This document shows positions 27,612 through 39,885 of a stretch of DNA of 64,000 nt, piece after piece (the first letter of the stretch is position 1; every line of letters starts with the position of its first letter). The DNA comes from Ylistrum balloti (taxonomy: Eukaryota), in the NCBI RefSeq assembly GCF_031769215.1, contig NW_026782016.1, positions 1,054,001 to 1,118,000 of the forward strand. The letters are read 5' to 3'. Position numbers and translations under genes: made by a program. Below the pieces are notes generated by a model that worked only from the letters and a program-made list of their open reading frames with translations, made no database searches and was not told the DNA's origin.

Positions 27612-28625
27612 CAGAACGTACTAATGTAGCTGTTCTGGAAATACAAGCAGACGGCTGTTCCAAAGTTCTTGAGACGGACCGCCAGTGGTCATTATGAATG
27701 AAGAACGTCACTGATGTGTTTCCCAGCATATCGACAGAGATTGGTGTAATGAAAGAGTTTGAGTACAATTATATTGAAGATTACAATAGCATGATTCAAG
27801 AGTTTTGTTGTAAACTGAAGCAAGTAGATTTGTGTTCTAGCCGGGATTTTACATTCAAAATTCCATTTGCTCTCTTAAAGATTTATGGTAAAACTGCATT
27901 AGGTAGTATGAAGAAGGCTATCGTTAAAGCAAACCTGACCGGGAAAATAGGTTGGATAGCAGACAAGATGAAAATTGAGAAAAACACATTTTTAAGGTTA
28001 TGTGCAAATGCTCTGGATAGTACCATATTGTTTATTCAAAGTAGTTTGGCAGGTCAGTCTTGCACAGGTACCAAAATAGTCTTAATGACCGGAGATTTAT
28101 CTGAATGTCCATTACTGCAGGCAAGCATGAAGTTGGTCTTTGGTATGATGAAATTCATGTTTCAATATTCTTTCCCTTGTGCTGCTAACATTGGTGCAGT
28201 CTTCTATGGACACACTCCTTTAGCTGTTGAGCCTGAGTTTACATATGGATTTCGTACTAATGCAATTTTTGATCCCAAAATTCATCCCGAGAACAAAAAG
28301 ATCTTTAACGAGAAAGACCAAACATATTATTGCCGAAATGCGTTTTCTAAACAGACAACCAGGGGAGAAATGCTGGGAATCAACATGGCCTAGAGTGACC
28401 AGCTCTATCACAATACATTTCTTACAGAACTCTATCACACTCCCTGAATATATCTCGATTGACAAAAATCCTAGATTTGTTGATGAACCATATTGGATTA
28501 CATTATTTAAAACACGATAATGATATGGCAATACATGTCCTGTTCCTGTTTGCAATAGCGGAACTCAGAATTGTAACCATTGATTGTTCTACTCAGGAGT
28601 TTACTGTGCACAGGCTTTCTTATCC
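27612..28625 (+). pseudogene. Decayed HSPA12 terminal exon (4b)
   Basis: Position-equivalent phase-1 acceptor (ccttttctgaag|CA). Collinear with exon 4a along its length (FDPKIHPENKKIFNEKDQTYYCRNAFSK vs FDSKIHDESRKFFNEDDKTYYCRNTFSK). In-frame TGA at 27695, TAG at 28391 and frameshifts after ~28430. Nucleotide-binding motifs are eroded. Confidence 0.85.
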
Positions 28626-30099
28626 ATCTACCTGGATGCGCATGGAAGCATGGAACAGAAGCTTGAATGAGAGCATGTGTAGAACTTCGAATGATACAGT
28701 ATCCTTAACCAGCAGCAGACCATGTCCGTCATACCGTTACCATGACAGAATTCGAAGAACTATTTATAGATAACGATATTTTTCCTCGTGATGCAGGTTA
28801 ATTTACGTAACCAGATAATTGCACAGTAGCTTGCCCTTTCGGGGCTCCTCATGGGCATTTTCGGAGTCTCTGTATAAATATTTCTTTTGTTCATATGATT
28901 TCGTTGAGCTTGTATTTGGGTTTGTTGTGGTTCCCGTTGACAAAACAGTATTTTCTTTATTGTCTATGTCATAATGAGTCAATATTGCCTTAATATACAA
29001 AATATCCATCGTATAAGTATTATTTACATTAATTAATTAATTACATTTCATTCTGTATGTAGAGATCTAAAATGACAATTTATCTTACATTGTTTTGTCG
29101 GCGTTTTGGTTGTTGCTGGTTAGACACATAACTTATATTTGCTGATTCCAACAATTCCACCTCTTAAGATGAAAAATCTACACATGGAATTGACACACAG
29201 ACTGATCTTACTTGTCAATATGTGATATTTGTTGGTCTGTGCGAGTTGATGAGTATATGGTAGACATTTTACAACAAAAGTAATTGTATATGCATCAAAA
29301 ACATAACTTCAATAGCTGTCCTGTTAAAATGAACTGTCAAAGTGTTTTTAAAATGTTGTATTACAATAGTAAAAAATAAATGTCGACATATGGCCATATT
29401 ACACAAATATTTATGTTCTTTCATTAGATAACACTGTGAAGTCTAATACGAGACATTCAATAATCATCAAATGATGTTTCTTGCCTACTTAAATTATACA
29501 TGTATATATAATGATTTTGTTTGTCCATTTTTGGTTCCAATGTTCATGCGAAATTCATTTATTTTCAAAGTTTTTTAAGTGTCATTGACTTACACCAGGC
29601 TTTGAGTTCCTCTTTGGTATCGGACATCTTTTTATTTGTGTCAGATTGTGTTGTTTAATGTGTGCCTTACCAGACTTTCAATGTGCGAACGTATGAGAAC
29701 ACAAAAAAGCGAATTTCGTACTTTATTAAATGGGGTGTGCGTCACAGTTTTTCACTTTCCGTCTTGGTGTGTTTGTGCCTGCCTGCGTGTGTGCGTCTGT
29801 GTCCGTCTGCTTGTGTGCATGAGTGCGTGTATGCGTGCAAATCTCTGGACAGATTTCTTTCATATTCACACGAAAACATAACATTATCAGATTATAATGT
29901 TTTTTCATTGGTTGTATGCAAAATGCAGCTTTCCGATTAATTGATTCTTCTTTTCGTTTCTGGTGTAACACAATGACTAAACACAGTGTTTACTTGGGTT
30001 GACCGAAACGTTTATTTCATCGTATAGTGGTTTTCCATAGTTAGTACTTCGCGTTAATATCCATTACAAAAGATAGTTCCTGATCAACATACAGCAGCA

Positions 30100-30729
30100 T
30101 GTCATGGCACCAAAACTAAACACCTGTGTAAGGCAGATAAAAACTAAACACCTGCCCGTCCATATCAAAGAGTTCCATACAAAGGTTCATGGGCCAACTT
30201 GGCCAGGACCCGCTCCGTCTCCACGTCCGACTCCCAACTCTCTCTAGCTACTCGATCCCAGACTCAACTACACTTCTGCTGGCTATTATCTTTGTATAAA
30301 TAATACCCAAATACTTAATTTAAGCCTAGTCCCAATTGGACAACAATAACCCAGCCCCCGGAGCATCTAATTATGAAGGCACGTGCGACTAGGAGTACCC
30401 GTTATCAACTTCCCATCTTTGATCTACCTTATACATTGTTTCTTATCTTGTTTACTTACAAATGTGTTCGCCAGCGCGAGGCATACAAGAAAGCATCTAT
30501 CTGTCCTGATCAATCATACTGGCGATATTCTGCCACGGTGCTTCACCACTTGGGTACACACCCCGCCCGTTATCAGGCGTGCATCACTATCTATCACTCA
30601 CGGGATCTTTTCCTCGGTCCAGCATTAACTGACTTTTGACCTGATGTACTTTAAACTAAGATGCTGCTCTCTACGATACACACCATTCCAAAACTACCAT
30701 TAAACCCATTTTTTACTCATTTTGTTACA
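30100..30729. mobile_element. Candidate solo LTR (Gypsy-like), ~630 bp
   Basis: Starts TGTCATGG and ends TTGTTACA, GC-richer than flanks, tataaata inside, attaaa ~25 nt before the end. Flanks (cagca/ctgga) are not a clean TSD. Confidence 0.4.
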
Positions 30730-32150
30730 CTGGATGAAACCAACTTGATAATGATTGGAGGAGGCAATGTCAATATGCCACCTTGCAGTGGGTCGTCTAT
30801 TGGAACTTTGTTTATATGAATGGAATATATGTTTACACATTCACACCATGTGTGGATACTGTCATTCAAGAATTTAAACAAAAAAACCAAACTACAACCA
30901 TCATAAGATATTTAAATATCTAACAATGTACACAAACAATAAACGACAAATTAATAGCGTATTTAATATATGTTTGTTATTTTGTGTTTTACGCATTTCT
31001 GTTTGCAATGAATTCGGAATGACTGAACATGACCCGAATTAGCTGTGAATGATGTCACATTATATTATGTCATCTGTTGTGATTTGTTGTACAATAATCC
31101 TCCATTAGATTATCAAATTTATACATCTATTTGTTAGTTTTGTTTTTAAAACATATCTAAGAAATTAATTATAAACTTTGAAGAAAAAGCAAATTGATCA
31201 TGAATGGCTACGTGCATTAATTCATTATGATATTGATGGCAGGATGTATAGAGATACGATACAACAACAAAATCAAAGTAAGTTTGATTCACATTTCATT
31301 TCTTGTGAAAGTGCCAAATGATTAATTTTCAAGAACACTTGCGTTTTTACACCTGCTATTATCTTAATACATATATACAAGTTTAAGCAAGGGCGGGATC
31401 ATACCTAAGACACTACAGAAGTGTACCAAAGACAACCATATTGGCAGTACACTTTACCAGTTAGAAGTAGATTTAAGTCAGTCAAACCTTGAAACAAACT
31501 GCTTCCTGTTGTTATTTGGTCCTTCTACGACGACGAAAGTACAAATGTTAAACAAGCATGTACGCTTAAACATGAATCTTAGTCACTCTTGTTGGTCTAC
31601 ATCGGAGCATATGAGGGATAATACGAGGGAAGAAAACCAAAGTACTAGAGCATGGTTATATTACCCCCGGATCCGTTAGTCCTCTGCCAAAATTTACACG
31701 GATAAGCGATAAAAGACATATACATGAAAGACAAAATTAATAATTTATGATTATATGTAATATATGACAGATTTTGATATAAGCTGCATCATACCGCTGT
31801 TCTACTTCAGTCCTTCCTCTGGATTGATAAGTCATCCATCTCTGACCAGTAACACTGTAACTATAACTTTGTGTGTCTTTAGTTTAAAATTTTCTGTTCT
31901 TATTAACAGTTACTTCTATAATTGTACAGCACAAGTGCTTGAATGTAATAGTAAAACACTCAATAAATTCTATGTGTTAAATTTCGTAATTCACATGTAT
32001 GATGTGTTATGCACATGTTAGATTTGTTAACTTAATACCGAAAAATATAAAACTACATTCATTTTAATCAATTAGTAGTATATACGGTTATAAATAACCA
32101 AAGTCAGCAAATTGTGAATTAAAATTCGTTATCATTTTTTGCACTTTAAG

Positions 32151-33217
32151 GTGGAACGGTTGACATCACTGTGCACAAGGTTGAGGATGACCTGACACTT
32201 ACGGAGCTGGCCAGAGCCAGTGGTGGAGCTTGGGGTGGAACACAGGTAGACGAGGCTTTTAAGCAAATGATCATTAAAATTGTTGGTAACCCGATTATGC
32301 AAAGATTTAGTCGTGAGCAAACATCCGATTTTGTGGATATGTTCAGGGAATTTGAAACAAAAAAGAGATGTAATGTTGAAGGGACGCTATCAAAAAAGGT
32401 GACAATGAAAATTCCTATCGCTTTGAAGGAAATGTTCGAAGAAGAGACAGACGAGGATATAAAAGAAGTTGTGCTGCAAAGTTCTTACACTGGAAAACTT
32501 GAATGGGTTAATGATAAAATCCGGATAGCACCTGAGACCTTCAAGTCACTGTTTAACTGTGCTGTAGCTGATACAGTGTGTCACATCCAAAATCTCCTCA
32601 GCAAACCTACCTGTGAAGGAACGAAAACAATCCTCATGGTCGGGGGATTCGCAGAATGCCCTCATCTGCAGAAGGGTATTCACGAAGCTTTTCCACACTT
32701 ACGAATAGTCATTCCATATGAATGTGGATTATCCGTTTTAAAAGGGGCTGTGATATTTGGACATCGTCCAAAAACAATTTCCGCACGAAAAATGAAATAT
32801 ACGTATGGCATTGCAACAAACAAGAAATTCAAGCCATTCAGACATGATCCTAACAAGAAAAAAACCTTGAAAGGCGTTGATTACTGTACAGAATTATTTG
32901 ACCAGCATGTGAGGGGTGGAACAACTGTGAAGTATGATGAAATTCAAAGCGACCGCAAATACAACCCATTATATGATGACCAAACGACCCTCGATTTTCC
33001 TGTGTACCAGTCCACAGATGATGACCCTGAATATGTCACTGACAAGAGTTGTGAATATATAGGGAATATGTCCATTGACATACCAGATGCCAGTGAAGGA
33101 ACTAGCAGAGCGGTCCGTGTCAGGATGATCTTCGGTGACACAGAGTTAAAACTGGAGGCAACACAAGAAGGCACAAACAATAAAACAGTAGCTAAATTCA
33201 ACTTTCTTGGAGATTAA
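32151..33217 (+). CDS. HSPA12A: Intact HSPA12 terminal exon (4c) with no exons 1-3 of its own
   Basis: Acceptor tttttgcactttaag|GT GGA ACG GTT GAC (phase 1). 1067 nt, the same length as exon 4a, open to TAA. Motifs GGTVDIT, SGGAWGG and MVGGFAEC. AATAAA at ~33284. Confidence 0.85.
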
Positions 33218-33749
33218 CGTGTTCTTGGATTGGATCTTTCATACAAGTTGTCTTCCTCATACATATTATCCGTTTATGATTTGAATAAAAGAGGGATATC
33301 CAAATTCATATCAATGTTATATTCGATGGTTCTGTAAATTTTTGAAATTCAGTATCTTCAATGTCTTCTTTGAGCACAGTGGCATGGGACAGAACTACAG
33401 ATGTACTTTTTTATAAACATGTTGGTGTTATTTACTGTCGGTGTCATAACAACAAACCCAGCTTAATTAACTTTATGTAAATCATTTTAGTGAAAAATGC
33501 TCAAACCAGGTAAGTGTAAATAAGAACGGATGTTTCTTTTCGACACATTTTACAGATGTGTTTTTCATTGGTTTTGATTTAGTTGATAATGATGGTATTC
33601 ATTGTTTTCTATTACATCTATGTCATTTTTTCTGCTATATATTAGCATGCATCTTGATACCATGTTAATGAGATGTGAAAATCCTATACACTGTACTTCG
33701 CATTGCAATATAGTACATCATAATAAACTATAAATAATCTAAATGATGT

Positions 33750-34880
33750 TTATTGCAAATGACATTGACCTATATTCCAGGTCATTGGGACAAATATGTT
33801 AAAGCCTTAAAACGCATTCTGATAATAAATCATAGGTCGCAGCGTATTTTTTGTATAAGTTTCTAGAAATAATCCTGACAGCTTCACGAAAAAAAATTAC
33901 CTTGATATATAGTTCAAGGTCACAATGATCAAATTTCTTGAGCATTTTTAAAAGAACTTCCTCCGACGGACCAAAGGCCCAGAAACATGATATTTGGCTG
34001 ATATTTTCCTAGTATGTATCCTTACAACGTTTTGCAAAAAGAAATAACCGTGACTGATATGCAAGGTAACATAAGTCAAATTTCTTAAAACATTATAACG
34101 ACTTCTTCTGATCAACCAAAAGGCCTAGAAGCATATTTTACTAGTAAGTTTCTCTGAAGAAAACAAAAGTTTGTGAAAAGAAACAAAATTGAACCATATT
34201 CAAGGCCACTGCTCAATTTTTTTCAAAACCTGTAGAAGATTTCTTCTGGTAAACCAAAAGCCTGAGAAGTATATTTTGCAGACAATTCTGTGGGTTGAAA
34301 CTCGAGGGTTGTGAAAAGCAATAATCTCTACCCCCTTCAGGATTACAGGGGTCAGATTTGTGAAATCCTTTACACAACTTCCTCTGACAAACCAAAAAGC
34401 CCAGAAGGATGCTATTCGGCTGATATGTTCCTAGAAGTTGTGAAAAGAACGACTTTGACGTATACTTAAGGTATCAAGGGCTGAATTTGTTACAACCCTA
34501 AAATTACTTCTTTTGATTAGCTGACAGGCCTAGAAGGATGATATTTGGCTGATGTGTTCCAAGGGCAAAGTTTGCTGAGAAATGAGCTTGAACCATATTC
34601 AAATCCGCAGGGGTAAAAAAATAGAAATTAAATTTGCCTATAATCCATGTCATTATTTAGACATGAGTGTTAGAAGCTTGTTGCCGGAAGTGGATAAAAA
34701 TAGATTGGATGTGCCCACTTTGGATGCCAATGATGTACTGTTAATTATTTGAATAAAAATGGAATAACAGAAGACCGGTTCATGGCTATTTGACCCCTTG
34801 TATTGAATTTGAATTGGATCAAGATTGTGTTATTTTTATTAAAATTTGAAATATTCAGGTGAGCGATAAAGGTCTAATGT
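33750..34880 (+). mobile_element. Degenerate HINE-like element with ~130-145-bp internal tandem cores
   Basis: Recurring acttc(c/t)tctga..aaccaaaaggcc(c/t)agaag at ~33956, 34102, 34243, 34377 and 34506, ending in caggtgagcgataaagg. Boundaries approximate. Confidence 0.5.
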
Positions 34881-35390
34881 TTGTTTTGAATTACACACAG
34901 TTTATATTTGCATTATTTTGTTATTTATGATCAAATTCAAAATCATTGACATTTGTTCAAGATAACATGAGTAACCCTTTCTTGAGCATTGTACACAATG
35001 CTCACAAAGGAACACATGCGATAGTTAAAGCAAATGTACATTCCATACATGTTAAACTATTTGAAGTTCTTATCAGAAAATGAATGAATATTTAAATAAA
35101 GCATGCCATTCGTAATTTCTAGAATCAAACTTTTTTTTTTAAACCCACGTTGATTACATGTTCAAGTTCTGGTTAGGTAAAAACATGATTTACTTTTTTG
35201 CTTCAAAACATTTCTTCTAACAGAGAAAATTGTTAATCTTTCAAAAACCACGCTCACAATGTTTACCAATGAAAACTATGAAAAAATAGATAATGAATGA
35301 AAAATGAATTGCTGATAATTTGCTAATTGCTTTCATAATTGGTTTATTTATCACTGTTCATGAATGTTCCTTCACAAACTCTGGCATGAC

Positions 35391-38300
35391 TTATATTTCG
35401 TAACAAAGACCACAAGAACAAGTGGAAGCGAATTCAGAGAATTTGAAAGCGAAATAGCCGGTGTGTGTGGTAGAGGAGGAACGCCTTCTCCGATCTGGGC
35501 TTTCTTGATCCTCGATGAGGGCGTCAGTGTTACACAGATTAGGATCGTCCTGAATTATGTCAAAGTAATAATCTTTGTCCGGAATGAAAAAGTCACAGAA
35601 CACGAGAAACCTTTGTGTAAAGACTCCACTTTCCGAACATCGCGAGGCATTGTCACAGCAATATTCCCTATAAAACAACAATTGAATGCACATTTTATCA
35701 TTGAAATAAAATGTCCGTGAAAATTTTAATCAATCGCTTGATATTTAAAAAACTAACGGGAATGATTTTTTGATATTTCGTATATTGCCAGTGATATGAT
35801 AGAAATATTCTGTTCTGCAAAACTGTGTACCCTCTTTTACGGAAATATCCCTTTCCTGGTTAAATTGACCATTCAAAACGATACTTTTAGTAACAAAATC
35901 TAGGGTCACATACTGTGTCTTCGCCTTTGAAATGCATGCAAAAGTTTGATAGGGTACAGAATGTTTTACTTTTTTCCAGGGTAATCAAAACATGGAAACG
36001 ATTTATATCTAGCCACATTAAAAGCATAAATTTGCAAAAACTGTTTAATTGGAACGTCAAAAATATGTATTCTACAAGTTATCAAAACTCTATCAAAACC
36101 TATTCATAGGGAAGTCGTCATACGGACAATTAGCATTGTAATCAAAGCTAATAAAAAGCAAGCATTGGTTTATTTATAGAAAACAATATCCATATGTTAT
36201 CTATCCTGTATTTACCTTGTGCAGGTTATCTCCTGCACATTTTGCAGATCCGGTCTTGCTACCAAACACAGTACTTTACCGTCATGTTTGAAATATCCAT
36301 GTATTTTCTTTGATTCACTTGGACAAACAGGCGTCCCCCTGTTGTAAAATATTTAGGTGTAAAAGTAAATATAATTGAATATAATATATATATATTTATT
36401 TAATTTTTATTGTTTACCGGTGTGTAAACTGCATTTTTACAGCGATTTTAAATGATGCGCATTAGCGCGTCGTGTTGAAAGTATCGGTTAAAATATGCAG
36501 AGTACACAATAGTTAACAACAAAAAGAAAACTTAGGTTTTATATTACATTTTGACGGTTATTTGTATGCACTACTTAACACGTATGAAATGATAATTGTC
36601 ATCTATTTGGGGACGTTATGCACACTGACGGGCCAGCCCGACAACTCATGGAAAAGCAAAATATTTTATTCTATGTTGGTGTTAAAGGTTGTCAGACTTG
36701 TTGTTTTACCCAAGTGTAACAACACTTTCGTAGTTAAGGTTAAATAGGGGATAGTCTCCTACGTGTACACACTGTGCCACGTACCATTCTGTATGTATGT
36801 CATAAGCCCTATATATGTCTGCAAATAACGAGATTATTTCCGTTATGCCTATTTATCTTTATCAATAAGAATTTCTAAATGTTCTCATCCGCAATTAACT
36901 ACACATGTTATAGCAAATATTCCTGTTCACTGGTTTATATATAAACTTACGTTGATGGATGCGGATCTTCCTCCTCAACCTTTGACAGTCGATGTATATA
37001 GCTAAACGCCCTGGAGTTCTCACGAAGTCTCGACGTCATCCTTTCCCTACATTTCAATGAACACGTGGATTTTTTGCTGTATTGTCTGTTTATTTAAAAC
37101 ATTTCGCGTTGTAAAAAGAAGTTCATATATTTTCATACGTATACAGAAACTTAGTAGTTTATGAGAGTGAATTATTTGAAGATCAATGAATATATCGTAA
37201 CGTGCATAGATTAAACCATTCACTGTACCACAGGAACTTGGCACGAATTTCTTACCCTCGGATCATTTGTATTACAAATTTATTAAAGACCTGCTTCAGT
37301 ACTTACAGTGTATTTCTTCTAACATTTACAACAGAGAGACACATTTACCACAGAGAGACACACTTATCCCTGAGACACTTTTATCCCAGAGACACCACAG
37401 AGAGACACCCTAAGCACAAAGAGACATACCACAGAGAGACACACTTATCCCAGAGACTCATTTACCACAGAGACACATACCACAGAGGCACATTTACCAC
37501 AGAGAGACACATTCATCCCAGAGACACCACAGAGAGACAAACTTAACACACAGAGACTCTCTTACCACAGCGAGACACACTTATCACAGAGAGACACACA
37601 TACCACAGACATATTTACCACAGAAATATACTTACCACAGAGATACACTTACCATAGAGACATACTTACCACAGAGATACATTTACCACAGACACATTTA
37701 CCACAGAGATACACTTACCACAGAGACATACTTACCACAGAGATACACTTACCACAGAGACACATTTATCCAAGAGACACCATAGAGAGACAAACTTAAC
37801 ACATAGAGACACCCTTACCACAGCGAGATACACTTATCACAGAGAGACACACATACCACAGAGACACAAATATACTTACCACAGAGAGACGTTCCTACCA
37901 CAAAGATACACTTTCCACACAGACACATTCACCACAGAGACACACTTACCACAGATACACATTTACCACAGAGATACACTTACCACAGAGACACGTTTAC
38001 CACAGAGAGACGCGCTTGCCACAGAGAGACACACTTACCACAGAGATACACTAACCACAGAGACACATTTACCACAGAATGACGCACTTACCACAGAGAG
38101 ACGTGCTTACCACAGAGAGACACACTTATCCATGAAACACCACAGAGACAAACATATCACACACAGACACCCTAAGCATTTGGAGACATACCAAATAGAG
38201 ACACACTTACCACTGAGAAAAATATTCCAGAGTCCGTAAAGGTTCATATACATAGTTCTTTTTGTCCACCTCCGTTTTGTCCACGTATATAACGCCACAA

Positions 38301-38413
38301 TCGTCCTCGCTTTGATCGGAGCCAGAAGAGATGCCGACACAAATACAAAAGAGGATGGCTAACCCAAGTGGTGATGTCTGATATGAAAGATTAAGGTTAG
38401 AGTTCCGAAACAT
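35391..38413 (-). CDS. Secreted Cys-rich protein, Spaetzle/neurotrophin-like cystine-knot candidate; 4 exons, ~232 aa
   Basis: Exons 38413(or acceptor 38377)-38211, 37046-36951, 36338-36216 and 35667-35391. All introns are phase 2 with strong GTAAGT/GTAAAT donors and YAG acceptors, and they join without stops. Signal-like LAILFCICVGISSG; domain PVCPS...LVARPDLQNVQEITC...CC...TQRFL...FSEFASTCSCGLCYEI. Confidence 0.75.
37325..38210. repeat. ~17-19-bp AC/AG-rich minisatellite (cacacttaccacagaga) in an intron of the cystine-knot gene
   Basis: Dozens of degenerate units, with a larger internal block duplication (~37520-37610 vs ~37770-37860). Confidence 0.92.
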
Positions 38414-39885
38414 ACATAAGTAGAGGCTAGTTATGAAGTATACCTAAGACAAAACTATTAAATTTTATTTCACGACAAGATGATAAAGAAAAAGTAGACA
38501 TAACTTAAATCCCCTATAACGCAATAATGATAGTAAATTATTGTTTTTAATCATTGCATGATATACAACTAATTCTGTTCGTATATATGTATTTATATAT
38601 ATATCATTATTACTCCTTATATATGTCGAGATGTCCTTCAAGAGTGTTTAAATATTTTGAAATAAATTCAATGTACTTCAAGTAACATTGTCTATTCTCA
38701 AGCAGTTGACTCTGTGTGAGTGGAGGTGGTGGTGTGTGCGTGTGTGTGTTAATTTCATGATGACCCTGTGCCATTTAAATTGAATCCTCATCCATAATAT
38801 TTACCACAGCGGCATGAATACAACATCTTAAAAAAAAAATACTTCGTATTGCACTTTCGCGTAATTGGCCAGATATGTGTAAAACAGATCTGATTGGCTG
38901 AAATTACGCGACATCACAGAACACTAGCACGAGCACATTTTTACGTAATGTTTTAAAGAAATACCTGCTCACTTATTACATTTTCCATTATATCCTCATC
39001 ACATTAAACTTAGAAAAAGGTTTTATATTGAGCATCTTTAAATGTATACTTCTAGATACACAGCAAGCTAAATCATACCTGCACTATGTACTTCATCGTT
39101 GTTCAATATGTCACTTTCTTGCTGTAGATAGATTGACACGTAGATTTCAGCAGATTAACGCCAAGATAAACAAAACGAATGCCATGTAGATTTCAGGAGA
39201 CATCATGGAAAAAGTACAGCCCACTTGCCAACCTGTTTATGATTCTATATTTGTGTTTGAAATTATTTTATCCGTTCAAACTGTTTGTATTGAGAAGTCA
39301 TTGTTTTAAATCATGCCTTAGGTACGTACTATCTATACTCGTTTGATGTCTTTAAAAGTTCAATGTATTTTGTATGTACTTGCCGAGAGAGAAGTTTGAA
39401 GAAGTGTAATGATCACTTTAAAGGTAATTATTGTTGTTTTTTTGTATATTAAGAGGTAGTTACGAAACCGAACACGCCTCAGGGCGCTCCGCATTTGTAA
39501 ACACATTTTCCTTTTACTTGTATCAAAGGATATGTAACGCTTCAAGGTTATAGTGACTCTAGATAATCTTACTTCTAAATGGATCGTGTGTTATAAAAAC
39601 TATAATGACTAAAGAACACATTTGGCATAAATACATTTTTCTTAACAAACTAGCCAAAATGAAAAGTACGTTTTCTCTCGCATCTCAAATTAGACCAAGT
39701 CCGCGTCGCACGCCGATTAAGAGCGACAAATAATTCTTGTTTGATTTAATTTGATCTGTTGCATCAAATCATACAAAGGGATGGGGCAAAGATATCAAAC
39801 TTATATTAAGCCTTTCCCCAACAATATTTAACATTTTTTGAAAATTATTAATTCTAGTTATAATATTTATTTTATGTATCAACAA

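Noticed and set aside
35560-35667. Alternative frame GNIAVTMPRDV... resembling the HSPA12 C-terminus
   Set aside because: The match is short, and the other frame joins three upstream exons in consistent phase to give a coherent Cys-rich protein.
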